Below, piece after piece: positions 62,921 through 64,000 of a stretch of DNA of 64,000 bases. The stretch is taken from the NCBI RefSeq assembly GCF_964194155.1, contig NC_135902.1:53382001-53446000 (forward strand). Direction: 5' to 3'. The DNA is from Cetorhinus maximus. Its lineage: Eukaryota. Each line of letters begins with the position of its first letter. Within the stretch, counting starts at the first letter, position 1. The notes below the pieces were generated by a model, which did not search any database, was not told the DNA's origin, and worked only from the letters and a program-made list of their open reading frames with translations. Position numbers and translations under genes: made by a program.

Positions 62921-64000
62921 TTTTTTTATTCTTTCATGGGATGTGGGCATTGCTGACTCAGCCAACATTAATTTTCCATTCTTAATTGCCCTTGAGAAGG
63001 TGGTGGTGAGCTGCCTTCTTGAACCGCTGCAGTCCATGTGGTGTAGGTACACCCACAGTGCTGTTTGGAAGGGAGTTCCAGTATTTTGACCCAGCGACAG
63101 TGAAGGAACGGCGATATATTTCCAAGTCAGGATGATGAGTGGCTCGGAGGGGAACTTGCAGGTGGTGGTGTTCCCATCTATCTGCTGCCCTTGTCCTTCT
63201 AGGTGGTAGAGTTCACTGGTTTGGAAGGTGCTGTTGAAGGAGCCTTGGTGAGTTGCTGCAGTGCATCTTGTAGATGGTACACACTGCTGCTACTGTGTGT
63301 TAGTGGTGGAGGGAGTGAATGTTTGTGGAAGGGGTGTCAATCAAGTGGGCTGCTTTGTCCTTGACAGTGTTGAACTTCTTGAGTGTTGTAGGAGCTGCAC
63401 TCATCCAGGCAAGTGGAGAATATTCCATCGCACTCCTGACTTGAGCCTTGTGGGTGGTGGACAGGCTTTGGGGGAGTCAGGAGGTGAGTTACTTGCCACA
63501 GGATTCCTAGCCTCTGACCTGCTCTTGTAGCCACAGTATTATATGGCTGGTCCAGTTCAGTTTCCGGTCATTGGTAACCCCCAGAATATTGATAGAGGGA
63601 GATTCAGCGATAGTAATGCCATAGAATGTGAAGGGGAGATGGTCATTGCTTGGCACTTATGTGGCGTGAATGTTACTTGACACTTATCAGCCCAAGTCTG
63701 AATGTTGCCCAGGTCTTGCTGCATATGGGCACAGACTGCTTCAATATCTGAGGAGTCGCGAATGGTGCTGAACATTGTGCAATCATCAACGGACATCCCC
63801 ACTTCTGACTTTATGATGGAGGGAAGGTCTATGATGAAGCAACTGAAGATGGTTGGACCTAGGACACTACCCTGAGGAACTCCTGTAGTGATGTTATGGG
63901 ACTGAGATGATTGACTTCCAACAACCAAAACCATCTTCCTTTGTACTGGGCATGATTCCAGAGTTTTCTCCCTTATTCCCATTGACCCCAGTTTTGCTAG
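62921..64000 (-). mobile_element. CR1-clade LINE, RT C-terminus and 3' tail (runs off the window)
   Basis: GVPQGSVLGPTIFSCFIIDLP, VDDCT, QTWADKCQVTF and RAGQRLGIL; tail ends at 62921. Confidence 0.9.

Overview
Eukaryotic, repeat-dense, apparently intronic or intergenic DNA. The repeat repertoire (CR1, RTE and L2 LINEs, SacSINE1-like Deu-SINEs, Gypsy, Penelope-like elements) suggests a cartilaginous fish, which is an inference. I found no convincing host protein-coding exon. The main structures are: (i) a near-intact Penelope-like retroelement (RT plus GIY-YIG, one frameshift) in partial tandem at 55577-60138, flanked by a 10-bp TSD; (ii) six short Penelope-derived inserts, five of them fold-back, most with 11-15 bp TSDs; (iii) nine minimal type-I hammerhead ribozyme motifs of two subtypes, carried by the full element and five of the short inserts; (iv) a decayed Gypsy LTR retrotransposon lacking its 5' LTR, with a younger CR1 nested in its integrase; (v) several non-autonomous TIR elements, solo LTRs, many LINE and SINE fragments, and a 20-bp minisatellite that arose inside an L2 fragment. 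Boundaries of decayed repeats are approximate. Family names come from motif recognition, not from database searches.
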